A stretch of 53,267 nt of DNA, counting the filler, from Spirochaetales bacterium (lineage in GTDB: Bacteria; Spirochaetota; Spirochaetia; Treponematales; UBA12059), in the NCBI GenBank assembly GCA_016928955.1. It is 3 parts of 3 records of this genome, joined end to end, with 100 filler letters (N's around TTAATTAATTAA, not from the genome) between each part and the next. Parts side by side here need not be neighbours in the genome. Positions count along the whole stretch, not along the records: positions 1 to 21,397 come from JAFGJV010000031.1; positions 21,498 to 39,582 come from JAFGJV010000032.1; 1 more part is not named here. One strand, given 5' to 3'. The notes under the pieces were generated by a model that searched no databases, had not been told where the DNA came from, and saw only the letters and a list, made by a program, of their open reading frames with translations. Both the position numbers and the translations under genes were made by a program. How positions within the stretch are numbered: position 1 is the first letter of the stretch; each line of letters begins with the position of its first letter. Shown piece after piece: positions 16,436 to 24,799 of the stretch.

Positions 16436-19078
16436 TCAGTTCCCTATCTTGTAGCGGTTCACCACGGCGTCATGGTCCGACGACTGTATGTGGTTGTTCT
16501 TGGAGAAGGGCGAATCTATGTGCGATATGAACACTGCCTCCAGCCAGTCCAGGCTCGCGGCAGCGTGGTTGCCGGTCAGCAGGGCCGCCGTGGCGTATAT
16601 GTTGTCTATCTGCTGGAGGTTGCCCCGGAAGGCGTAGCTGAATTGCTCGTTGCGCGGCATGTATTCCTCGCTGGGGCTCCACAGTATCTGGGCGCCGGAG
16701 CCCAGGCCCTTGAGGGCGCGCATGGACGGCGCCCAGGGAAAGTCGTTCATGTCGCCGGCCACCACCACGTTGGCGTTGGGATCCATGTCCAGGATCTGGG
16801 CCACGAGCTTGGCTATCTCGGCGCCCTGTTCGGTACGCCTGGCGTCCGAGCCGAACACGGGCGGCTGCTGCTGGCCGTACAGGGGCGTGTCGCCCCGCTT
16901 GGAACCGAGGTGGGCGGCAATCACGAAGAATTTCTCTCCCGTGGTGTTGTGGATGAACTCGCCGGCCAGGGGCTTGCGCGTGGCGCCCGCAAAGGGAGCG
17001 CCTATGATGCGGCCGGGGCTCTGGGTCAGCATGGGCTGGCCGTCCACCGGGTCGCGCGACACGGCCGTGGGCTGGGTGGCCAGGGCCGTGGCCAGGGCTG
17101 ACGGGAAGGTCACGGCCCAAGCTGACTCGGGATCGGTAGCCGCCAGTCCTCCGGTGGTCATTAAGTGGTTGGTGGGCAGGCCGCGGTCCACAAAGGTCAC
17201 GGTGTCCGTGCGGTAAAGGAAGCCGACGCGTATATTGGTGCCCGGCTCGCCGCCGTCGCGGTTCTCCTCGGGGTCTATGCAGCGGAAATCGTACTGGGGA
17301 CCGCCAACGTTCTTGATGGCTGTGATGATCTGGCGGAAGTTCAGCACGGATGTGACTATGCCGTCCGGGATGGCGTACGAGTTGTCCTGGTTCTCGTACA
17401 CGATGGTAGAACCGTGGTCGTCGCCCATCTCCACAACCACCACCACGTCGGGTGCGCGCATGTTGTGGACAATGATGTCCGCAATGTCGATGTCCTTGTC
17501 GTAGGGCGTGCCCTGTTCCTGGAAGTTCTCTATGTTGAACGAGCCCACCTTGAGGAAGTCGGCCTCTGGCGTTGGGCCCCAGACAGCGGGCGCGCGGAAG
17601 CGGGCGTCGGCGCCGGATCCTATGCGCCAGTTGCGTATGGTATCCTGGTCGGCGCTGGTTATTTTTTCCGACGACGTGTAGCCGGCCAGCAGGGTGGATA
17701 TGCTTCCATAATTCGGGTTGACGTTGAAGTTCCATCCCTGGTTGGGCACGGCGGAGCCGCCCGCGGCGGTCAGGCCTCCGGGCAGGTTCTGCAGGGGCTT
17801 GATCATGTACAGGGCGTCAAAGGTGTATTCCACCACGCCGCGGAGCACGGTGTTGTTCACCGCGTCCTTGAGCGTGTCGCCGGTCTGGGGTATGGGATTG
17901 AACGTTGCCCAGTTGGGTTTCTGGTAGTCGCAGAAAAGCAGTTCCGGATTGAAGTCCATGCCGTTCACGGACGGGTCCTGGAGGACCACGCCCTTCCATG
18001 TGCTGTTCAGGTTGGGATTGTCCGCCGCGCCCTTCTGGCCGCCGTCGGCCAGGATGCCGGTCACGTTGTAGTAGGTGGACGTGGACACCAAGGGGTTGTT
18101 GACGCGGACCACCATGCCTTCCACGCTCTCCAGTATCAGGGCGGCGTCCCGCAGGGCCAGCTCGCCCGACGCGTCCGTGCCCCAGGGCAGGGTGCGCCAC
18201 TCGGTGGAGCCGGGAGCCACGGTGGCCAGGACGGGGGCGTCGTCGTAAGTAAGGAGGACGCCGGCCGGGAAACTGGTCAGGCGCGTGACGGGCACGCCGG
18301 CTGAGGTAACGCGGAGCACGGTCGGCTCCTCTATACGGGTAAAGGTGAGAAAGCCTTCCGAGTTGCCAAAGCGGTCGGCCGGCTTGAACTCGCGCACCAC
18401 GCCGGACACGGACACCACGTCGCCCACGGCCAGGTCAGACGGCACGGAGTCCAGCCACTTGGATTCCACGTACGCGTCGTTGTGCGTGTACACAAAGACG
18501 CCGTCCGAGGTCAAAGGATCGCCGTCCTTGTACGAGTCAAAGGCTTCCATGAAGAAGCCGTCCTCGGACACCCACTGCGGGGTGGTGGAACCGTCTATCA
18601 GGATAGTGTCGTATATGGCGTGCGGGGCTTTGCGCGTCACCTGGGTGATCACGCCGACCACGTTGCGCACGGACTGGCCTTCAAAGGGGCTGCGGAAGCC
18701 GCGGCCCTGGATCATGGGCACCGTGAGCGAGCCTGAGTCCGCGCCCAGGAAGTCCAGGCGTACGCTCTGGCTGTTTCCCAGGAACACCATGGCACCTTCC
18801 TGGAGGGGATCGGAACGGCGCGCGGCGAACACGTAGCCGGGCAGGGATGCGGTGATATGCCAGGAGCCGTAAGGCGCGGCCTGGATGACATAACGGCCGG
18901 AGCCGTCCGTCTCGGTGTCTGCGCCGGAAGCGCCTTCTATAGATATGCGCACGCCGGAAAGGGGCGCGCCGCCGGAATCTGTCACGGTGCCTTCAAGGAT
19001 GTAGCCCGTGCGCAGGGGTGCGCAGGACAGCAGGGTCAGGACAATCAAAGCCAGGATAGTTATTCTGGTTGTTTTCAT
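16436..19078 (-). CDS. Large extracellular nuclease lipoprotein (carboxypeptidase-regulatory-like domain + OB fold + EEP; ExeM/YhcR-like)
   Basis: Lipobox LLSC; GTVTD..G.PLSG; IQG.GF.SPFEG; GD..TSDGVFVY; GSFNIENF, AHLGSK, VAGDMND, QIDNI, SSDHD. Start set at MKTTR (19078). Confidence 0.9.
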   Translation of the reverse strand: MKTTRITILALIVLTLLSCAPLRTGYILEGTVTDSGGAPLSGVRISIEGASGADTETDGSGRYVIQAAPYGSWHITASLPGYVFAARRSDPLQEGAMVFLGNSQSVRLDFLGADSGSLTVPMIQGRGFRSPFEGQSVRNVVGVITQVTRKAPHAIYDTILIDGSTTPQWVSEDGFFMEAFDSYKDGDPLTSDGVFVYTHNDAYVESKWLDSVPSDLAVGDVVSVSGVVREFKPADRFGNSEGFLTFTRIEEPTVLRVTSAGVPVTRLTSFPAGVLLTYDDAPVLATVAPGSTEWRTLPWGTDASGELALRDAALILESVEGMVVRVNNPLVSTSTYYNVTGILADGGQKGAADNPNLNSTWKGVVLQDPSVNGMDFNPELLFCDYQKPNWATFNPIPQTGDTLKDAVNNTVLRGVVEYTFDALYMIKPLQNLPGGLTAAGGSAVPNQGWNFNVNPNYGSISTLLAGYTSSEKITSADQDTIRNWRIGSGADARFRAPAVWGPTPEADFLKVGSFNIENFQEQGTPYDKDIDIADIIVHNMRAPDVVVVVEMGDDHGSTIVYENQDNSYAIPDGIVTSVLNFRQIITAIKNVGGPQYDFRCIDPEENRDGGEPGTNIRVGFLYRTDTVTFVDRGLPTNHLMTTGGLAATDPESAWAVTFPSALATALATQPTAVSRDPVDGQPMLTQSPGRIIGAPFAGATRKPLAGEFIHNTTGEKFFVIAAHLGSKRGDTPLYGQQQPPVFGSDARRTEQGAEIAKLVAQILDMDPNANVVVAGDMNDFPWAPSMRALKGLGSGAQILWSPSEEYMPRNEQFSYAFRGNLQQIDNIYATAALLTGNHAAASLDWLEAVFISHIDSPFSKNNHIQSSDHDAVVNRYKIGN

Positions 19079-19169
19079 ACGACCAACGCGCTCCAAACCG
19101 TCATTCGGGTGATGCTGTGCCTTTCCGTACTCCGGCGGGCGGGGCTCCCGAAGAAAAGAAAGGGAAGGA

Positions 19170-19256
19170 ATAGTAAATCGTAATATCCCGGAACGCAAGC
19201 TTTTTTTCACATCCTGGAGTTTTTTTTGTTGACAGCTTGGCAAGGGCCGGTATATT
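19170..19256. promoter_or_regulatory. Back-to-back sigma70 promoters for the nuclease operon (-) and the outer-membrane protein (+)
   Basis: + strand: TTGACA (19229-19234), 16 bp, TATATT (19251-19256). - strand: TTGCGT, 17 bp, TACTAT (19198-19170). T/A tracts lie between them. Confidence 0.6.
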
Positions 19257-19398
19257 GGTAAGTTCCCGCGGCGCCTCCTGCGGTTCCGGCACCCACGCTG
19301 AAAGCCGGCCCGTAATTCAAAAGCCACGCGGATCCCATAGCCGGCCGCCCTGAGCCTTGTGCTGCCACGGGCGCCCGGCCCCGAAAGGTGCTACAGTC

Positions 19399-21258
19399 AT
19401 GTTCAAACGATTAGCGGCGATGTGCGCCATCCTGTCCGCGTTCGCCATCGCTGTCGCCGCGCAGGAAGCGGTTCAGGAAACGGGCCCCGTTCTGTCCGGC
19501 AGCGTCAGCGCCGGCTTTGTGGAAAACAATCTATTCGGCAATCCCTTTGTGGAAGACATACCCGGGCTGTCCGGCGAGTTGGGCGACGCCACGGTGGAAC
19601 TCCGCCTGTCGTCGCTGGCCTTCCTGTCCGCCATCGACCGCTCCCTGTACAAGGGCGTGGAGTCCGAGGAGCGGCGGATGGGCTTTGAGGCCGGCCTGTC
19701 CCTGGACCTGGCCGACCTCCTGGACCTGGGCAGCGCGTCCAGCGAGGACGACTTCAACGCTGACACTTCAGGCTACCCCTTCATCCAGCGCATGCTGGAC
19801 TGGTACGTGAACAACCGCGCCCGCTACGGTCTGCCCGCCCAGACCTGGCCGACCACCAGCTACGGCATGTCGTCCGGCCGCTACCGCTTCATATACGGCA
19901 ACACGGCGGAGCCCATCGAGTGGGTGGTGTGGACCCAGGAAAAGTGGTCTGACGCGCGGTCCCTGTACACGGACCTGGAAGACATCATCAACGCGGCCAT
20001 AGAAGCTGTCAGCCCCGATGTCACCTCCGGTTCGCATGAGACCATCAACCAGTACGACTACCTGAGCCTCACGCCCCAGGCCCAGCGCCTGGTGCTCCTC
20101 GAGCAGGAAGCCGCCGCGTCCTTCCAGGACCACGTGTACGGCTCGGACTCGTCGCTTGCGCAGAACGGCGTCAAGATACGCAACGCCTGGCTGACCCTGA
20201 CCGACGTGTTCGGCGTGATGAACGCGCGTTTTGACTTCAAGGGCCCGCTACTGTCCGTGGGTTCCCTGGTGCGCAGTCCCCGCACCGCCCAGGAGGAATC
20301 CGGTCCCCTCCTGGCCCTGTCCATGGCGCCCGGGCTCATACCCGGCCTGTCCGTGTCTTTGTCCACGGCCATCACTGGCGGCACGCCGAGCGTGGCCGAG
20401 GACTGGAACACCAAGAGCATGGAGCTCTTCCCCGGGCACCCCGCCTGGGTGGGCGCCAAGCTGTCCGCCGCCTATGACTTCTACGCGCTGACCGGCCAGG
20501 ACCTGCGCGTGTCCCTGGACGCCCTGGCCCCGGATCTGGCCGTGCGCCCGGACAGCTTTGCCCTTTCCGCCAGCGCACGCTACGCGCTGGCCGGTATCCT
20601 GTCCGTGGACGTGGCCGCCGAGTTTAACGCCCTGCTGTGGAACGACCGTTACGTTGAGGGCGACGCGTCCGTGTTCGCCATGGCCGCCGCGCTTGACGCC
20701 AGCGCCGCCTGGAACGGGCTCGGCGGCTCAATCCGCGCCGCGTACAAGACGGCCGGCTTTGGCGGCTGGGGCGGCAACGACGCCGACGACCTTTTCCCCG
20801 CGGCCGACCTGTGGTCGGACTTTGACGCCGCCAAGCTGGGCACGGCCGTGGCTGTCCAGGCCGGCGTCAAGCTGGATCCGTCCGCCATCCTGGGACGGCG
20901 CCTGTTGGTGCTTGAAGGCGGCTTTGGCATGCTGCTCTACGGCCAGGCCGCCCTGGCCGTCCAGGGTTCCGGCTGGTTTGCCGACGCGGCTCTGGACTTC
21001 CAGGACCTGATCGGCGCCCCGCTGTCCGTGGACCTGACCGTGTCGTCCTGGACCAACCACGGCCTGGTGCTGTACGACGACTCGGTCAACTGGCCCGTGC
21101 CCGGCCTCCTTGCCGACCTGACCCTGGACCTGGCCGTGCGCTGGGCGCCCAGCGAGCACTTCGAGCTGTCCCTGGTTGCCCGCGACTCGGACTCTGGATA
21201 CAAGCGCGATACCTACCGCGTCACGTCCGTGGGCGTCTACGCCACCGTGTCGTTCTAA
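19399..21258 (+). CDS. Putative outer-membrane beta-barrel protein (porin; possibly Msp/Tpr-like architecture)
   Basis: SPI-type signal (AVAAQ); many alternating amphipathic strands; C-terminal VGVYATVSF ending in Phe; helical insert in the N-terminal half. Confidence 0.72.
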   Translation: MFKRLAAMCAILSAFAIAVAAQEAVQETGPVLSGSVSAGFVENNLFGNPFVEDIPGLSGELGDATVELRLSSLAFLSAIDRSLYKGVESEERRMGFEAGLSLDLADLLDLGSASSEDDFNADTSGYPFIQRMLDWYVNNRARYGLPAQTWPTTSYGMSSGRYRFIYGNTAEPIEWVVWTQEKWSDARSLYTDLEDIINAAIEAVSPDVTSGSHETINQYDYLSLTPQAQRLVLLEQEAAASFQDHVYGSDSSLAQNGVKIRNAWLTLTDVFGVMNARFDFKGPLLSVGSLVRSPRTAQEESGPLLALSMAPGLIPGLSVSLSTAITGGTPSVAEDWNTKSMELFPGHPAWVGAKLSAAYDFYALTGQDLRVSLDALAPDLAVRPDSFALSASARYALAGILSVDVAAEFNALLWNDRYVEGDASVFAMAAALDASAAWNGLGGSIRAAYKTAGFGGWGGNDADDLFPAADLWSDFDAAKLGTAVAVQAGVKLDPSAILGRRLLVLEGGFGMLLYGQAALAVQGSGWFADAALDFQDLIGAPLSVDLTVSSWTNHGLVLYDDSVNWPVPGLLADLTLDLAVRWAPSEHFELSLVARDSDSGYKRDTYRVTSVGVYATVSF

Positions 21259-21310
21259 AACGACCCTCTAAAACCCGCGGCTTGCCAAGACGACAAAGCC
21301 CCCGGCTCAG

Positions 21311-21397
21311 GCGGGGCCACTGAAAAAGACCGCGAAGTTGTGCAAGAGCATGACTTCGCGGTTTTCTTTTGGAAGCGCTTCGGTCGGAGGTGATGGA
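21311..21397. mobile_element. Terminal segment of a multicopy IS (IS1182/IS5-like end GGGGCCACTGAAAAAG), cut by the contig end
   Basis: 87 bp that are the exact reverse complement of 21498-21584; internal hairpin ACCGCGAAGT...ACTTCGCGGT. Family assignment is from recall. Confidence 0.6.
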
Positions 21398-21497
21398 NNN
21401 NNNNNNNNNNNNNNNNNNNNNNNNNNNNNNNNNNNNNNNNNTTAATTAATTAANNNNNNNNNNNNNNNNNNNNNNNNNNNNNNNNNNNNNNNNNNNN
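21398..21497. other. Artificial contig spacer
   Basis: 100 nt of N with a central TTAATTAATTAA six-frame stop. Confidence 0.98.
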
Positions 21498-21584
21498 TCC
21501 ATCACCTCCGACCGAAGCGCTTCCAAAAGAAAACCGCGAAGTCATGCTCTTGCACAACTTCGCGGTCTTTTTCAGTGGCCCCGC
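21498..21584. mobile_element. Same IS terminal segment in inverted orientation
   Basis: Exact reverse complement of 21311-21397. Confidence 0.6.
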
Positions 21585-21622
21585 ATGGACCGGGGGTTTT
21601 TTTTATCCTGAGACCGCACGGC

Positions 21623-21655
21623 AAAAAAAGCCGGCGCCCCCAAAGGGACGCCGGC
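21623..21655 (-). terminator. Intrinsic terminator
   Basis: A7-GCCGGCG.CCC...GGG.CGCCGGC downstream of the minus-strand lipoprotein gene. Confidence 0.75.
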
Positions 21656-21675
21656 CAAGTACCGCCAGAAGAACG

Positions 21676-22557
21676 TTAGAACTTCTTGAGCTGGGCGGCC
21701 AGGGCCATCTTGTAGGCGGCCTGGAGCTCCAGGGCGTAGTGCGGGAAGTCTGAGAAGGTGGCGCCTGACAGGGCGTCGGCCACGGCGAACACGGTGTCGT
21801 CGGCGGCGGTGTATGCTGCCACGTCGGCCTTGTCCACGGCGGCGTCGGCCACCAGGGTGATCTTGGCCTTCTTCATGGAGGTGGCGCTGTAATCGGCCGT
21901 GGGGTTGGCCTTGAAGAAGTCCAGCAGGGCCTTGAGGTTGTAGCGGTAGCCTATGGTGCCCGCGCCTATGGGCATGTAGGTGGCGCTGGGGTTGCCCTTG
22001 TCCATGTGGCCGTAGTGCACGGTCTGGCTGGCGGGCTTGCCCACGGTAACGGTCAGGCCGTCTATGGTCACGTTGACCAGGGTGTCCTCGCGGGCGGCCT
22101 TGGCGTAGGCGGCGGCGCGGATGGGATTGCCCATGAGGCCCTCAAAGTCGCGCTCGTACTGGCGGGTGGGGCGGGTAAAGCCGTCCTTGCCGGGTGTGAA
22201 CTGGGACCACACGCCGACGCCGTTCTGCACGTTGTAGATATAGAACATGTAGCCCTTGATGGCGGGGTCGGCGTTGCCGGTGTTGGCCAGGGGATCGGGT
22301 ACCCTGACCACGGCGCCGTCCACCAGGCTGTGGCCGTCCGGGCCGTTGTACTCTACCCAGCCGCCCGGGCCCTGCCACTCGGCCAGGCTGGCCGCGGTGA
22401 CATTGCCTTTGGCGTCCACGCTGACGGTGGCTTCTCCGATGTAGCCGCCCTGGTGGGCGACGAAATATTTGGTAGCCGTGGCGGGCGCGTAGTTGGGGGC
22501 GCACGACATGGCGACGAGGGCAAGGGCGATCAGGGCTATGATCGACAGGCGTTTCAT
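21676..22557 (-). CDS. Lipoprotein, putative FMN-binding (flavinylated) protein
   Basis: AGGAGG RBS; lipobox AMSC; N-terminal ATVSVD..G.VTAA strand pattern; C-terminal DALSGAT motif. Confidence 0.7.
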   Translation of the reverse strand: MKRLSIIALIALALVAMSCAPNYAPATATKYFVAHQGGYIGEATVSVDAKGNVTAASLAEWQGPGGWVEYNGPDGHSLVDGAVVRVPDPLANTGNADPAIKGYMFYIYNVQNGVGVWSQFTPGKDGFTRPTRQYERDFEGLMGNPIRAAAYAKAAREDTLVNVTIDGLTVTVGKPASQTVHYGHMDKGNPSATYMPIGAGTIGYRYNLKALLDFFKANPTADYSATSMKKAKITLVADAAVDKADVAAYTAADDTVFAVADALSGATFSDFPHYALELQAAYKMALAAQLKKF

Positions 22558-22815
22558 TGTTGTCCTCCTGGACACGGTGATCTGGTTGCGGCTCGTAGTA
22601 TGTGCCGGCCGCTCTCCTTACTATCGCCGTTTCCTTGATATAAGTCAATATGTATATATATAAAAAGATAAATATCCGAAAATGGTGGGATTAGGTGGAC
22701 GGCTTTGTCCTGAAATGCCCGTGGCCGAGTCTTGTATCAAGAGCTTTCTTCGTCGTACAATCGCGCCTATTCCCGGAGGCGGCACACGCCGCCGGAAGAT
22801 GCCACAGGAGAGTAC

Positions 22816-24351
22816 ATGAGCCACGAAACCGATCCGAATCGAGTCGAGTCCGAAGCGGACGACGCGAGCCGGGAGCGCGCGCTGTCCGAACAGCAGCTGG
22901 TCCGCAGGGACAAGCTGGCCCGCCTGCAGGCGGCCGGCAACGACCCCTTTGCCCAGCTGACCTGGAAGCAGACCCACCATTCGGCCGGCATAAAACGTGA
23001 CTTTGAAGCCCTTGAGAACCAGGACGTGTCCGTGGCCGGGCGCGTGATGAGCTTCCGAGACATAGGCAAGGCCGCCTTCATCGACCTCCAGGACCGCGAC
23101 GGGCGCATCCAGGTGTACCTGAACGCGGAAGGTTTAGGCGACGACGCGTACGCCGAGGTCAAGACCTGGGACGTGGGCGACATCGTTGGCGTGGAGGGCT
23201 ACGTGTTCCGCACGCGCCGCGGCGAGATATCCGTGCACGCCAAGCGCATGGTCCTCCTGACCAAGGCCCTGGAGCCCCTGCCGGAGAAATTCCACGGCCT
23301 CAAGGACCCCGAGCTCCGCTACCGCCGCCGCTACCTGGACCTGGTCATGAACCCCCAGGTGATGGACACCTTCCGCAAGCGCACGGCCATCATCAAGGCC
23401 ATCAGGCAGTACCTGGATGAGCGCGAGTATATCGAGGTGGACACGCCCATCCTGTCCACCATTGCGTCGGGCGCCGCGGCGCGGCCCTTTGTCACCACGT
23501 CCAACGCGCTCAACCTCCAGCTGTACCTGCGCATAGCCACCGAGCTCTACCTCAAGCGCTGCGTGGTGGGCGGCATGGAACGCGTGTACGACATGGGCAA
23601 GAACTTCCGGAACGAGGGCATAGACATACGCCACAACCCGGAGTTCACCATGATCGAGCTCTACCAGGCATACGCGGACTACAAGGACATGATGGAGCTG
23701 TGCGAGAACATGGTGGCCTTTGCCGCCGAGAAGGCCACGGGCTCTGCCAAGGTGGTGTACCAGGGCACGGAGCTGGACTTCTCACCGCCGTGGCGCCGCG
23801 TTACCATGACGGACGCCGTCAAGGAATACGGCGGCATCGATTTTGCCGGCGTGAAGGACGACGAGGCCGCGCGCGAGCTGGCCAGAAAGCACGGCCTGGA
23901 CGCCGAGCTCAAGAAGAAACTCAAGGACTGCACCAAGGGCGACATCCTGAACGCGGCCTTTGAGAAGTTCGCCGAGTCCAAACTCATCCAGCCCACCTTT
24001 GTCATGGACTATCCCACGGACATATCGCCGCTGACCAAGCAGAAGCCGGGCGACCCGACCATGACCGAGCGCTTTGAGGCCTTTGTCTTCGGCCGCGAGC
24101 TGGCCAATGCGTACTCCGAGCTGAACGACCCCATCGTCCAGCGGGAGCGCTTCAGCCAGCAGGCCCGCGAGCGCGAGCTGGGCGACGACGAGGCGTACAT
24201 GCTGGACGAGGACTTCATAGCCAGCCTTGAGGTGGGCATGCCCCCCACGGGCGGCATGGGCATAGGCGTGGACCGGCTGATCATGTTCCTGACCGACAGC
24301 TACAGCATCAGGGACGTGATACTGTTCCCCACAATGAAGCCAAACAGCTGA
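22816..24351 (+). CDS. lysS: Lysine--tRNA ligase, class II
   Basis: OB anticodon domain (VAGRVM, GDIVGVEG), PLPEKFHGL, LRIATELYLKR, FRNEG..RHNPEFT, GMPPTGGMGIGVDRL; AGGAG RBS. Confidence 0.98.
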   Translation: MSHETDPNRVESEADDASRERALSEQQLVRRDKLARLQAAGNDPFAQLTWKQTHHSAGIKRDFEALENQDVSVAGRVMSFRDIGKAAFIDLQDRDGRIQVYLNAEGLGDDAYAEVKTWDVGDIVGVEGYVFRTRRGEISVHAKRMVLLTKALEPLPEKFHGLKDPELRYRRRYLDLVMNPQVMDTFRKRTAIIKAIRQYLDEREYIEVDTPILSTIASGAAARPFVTTSNALNLQLYLRIATELYLKRCVVGGMERVYDMGKNFRNEGIDIRHNPEFTMIELYQAYADYKDMMELCENMVAFAAEKATGSAKVVYQGTELDFSPPWRRVTMTDAVKEYGGIDFAGVKDDEAARELARKHGLDAELKKKLKDCTKGDILNAAFEKFAESKLIQPTFVMDYPTDISPLTKQKPGDPTMTERFEAFVFGRELANAYSELNDPIVQRERFSQQARERELGDDEAYMLDEDFIASLEVGMPPTGGMGIGVDRLIMFLTDSYSIRDVILFPTMKPNS

Positions 24352-24471
24352 CGGGCGCCACGTAGTCCCTGTCCGGGTCAAGGGGGCTTGAGCCCCTAAA
24401 AACGGCCACGGATGCACGGAGGGAGATGGGGAAGGAAAAGCCGTGGAATCGCTCACTGATTTCCCGGTTAA

Positions 24472-24579
24472 GGGAACCTCTAAAAACCCAATGGTTATTA
24501 GAGGTTCCCTGCGTTTTCGGCTGAAAACGCAGGGTTTTCTAAGGTAACCCTCTAAAAACTGCAGTTTTTAGAGGCTCCC
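24472..24579. mobile_element. 108-bp MITE-like element with three internal hairpins and a TTAA target duplication
   Basis: Ends GGGAACCTCTAAAAAC / GTTTTTAGAGGCTCCC; TTAA at 24468-24471 and 24580-24583; inverted homologue at 51361-51465. Confidence 0.85.
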
Positions 24580-24723
24580 TTAATTCTTTTCCCATTGCCG
24601 TACTCTGCGCCTCCGTGGTTGGCTTTTTTAGAGCGGTCCTCTGGACACGGGTGTACCCCCCTTCCCCTTCTGGAAACGCGGCAAGCGGAGTATACTGGCG
24701 GGGCCTGTGGGGGCATCACAAAG

Positions 24724-24759
24724 AGAGCATCTAAAAACCTCAGTTTTTAGGAGTTCCCC
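24724..24759. repeat. Degenerate single hairpin of the same MITE/REP family
   Basis: GAGCATCTAAAAACCTCAGTTTTTAGGAGTTCCC resembles the MITE terminal hairpin. Confidence 0.65.
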
Positions 24760-24799
24760 AAAAAGCTTGTTTGTTGCCTCCGCGTAAAGGAGGCGCATC

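Noticed and set aside
19079..19327. N-terminal extensions from the ORF track (here and at 407, 2278, 27085, 30089, 39415 and others)
   Set aside because: They run through promoters or upstream genes. Downstream starts have an RBS, a signal peptide or stop/start overlaps.
21398..21497. TTAATTAATTAA palindrome as a biological site (also 39583-39682)
   Set aside because: Identical 100-nt N-padded six-frame-stop linker, an assembly artefact. Adjacency across it is unproven.
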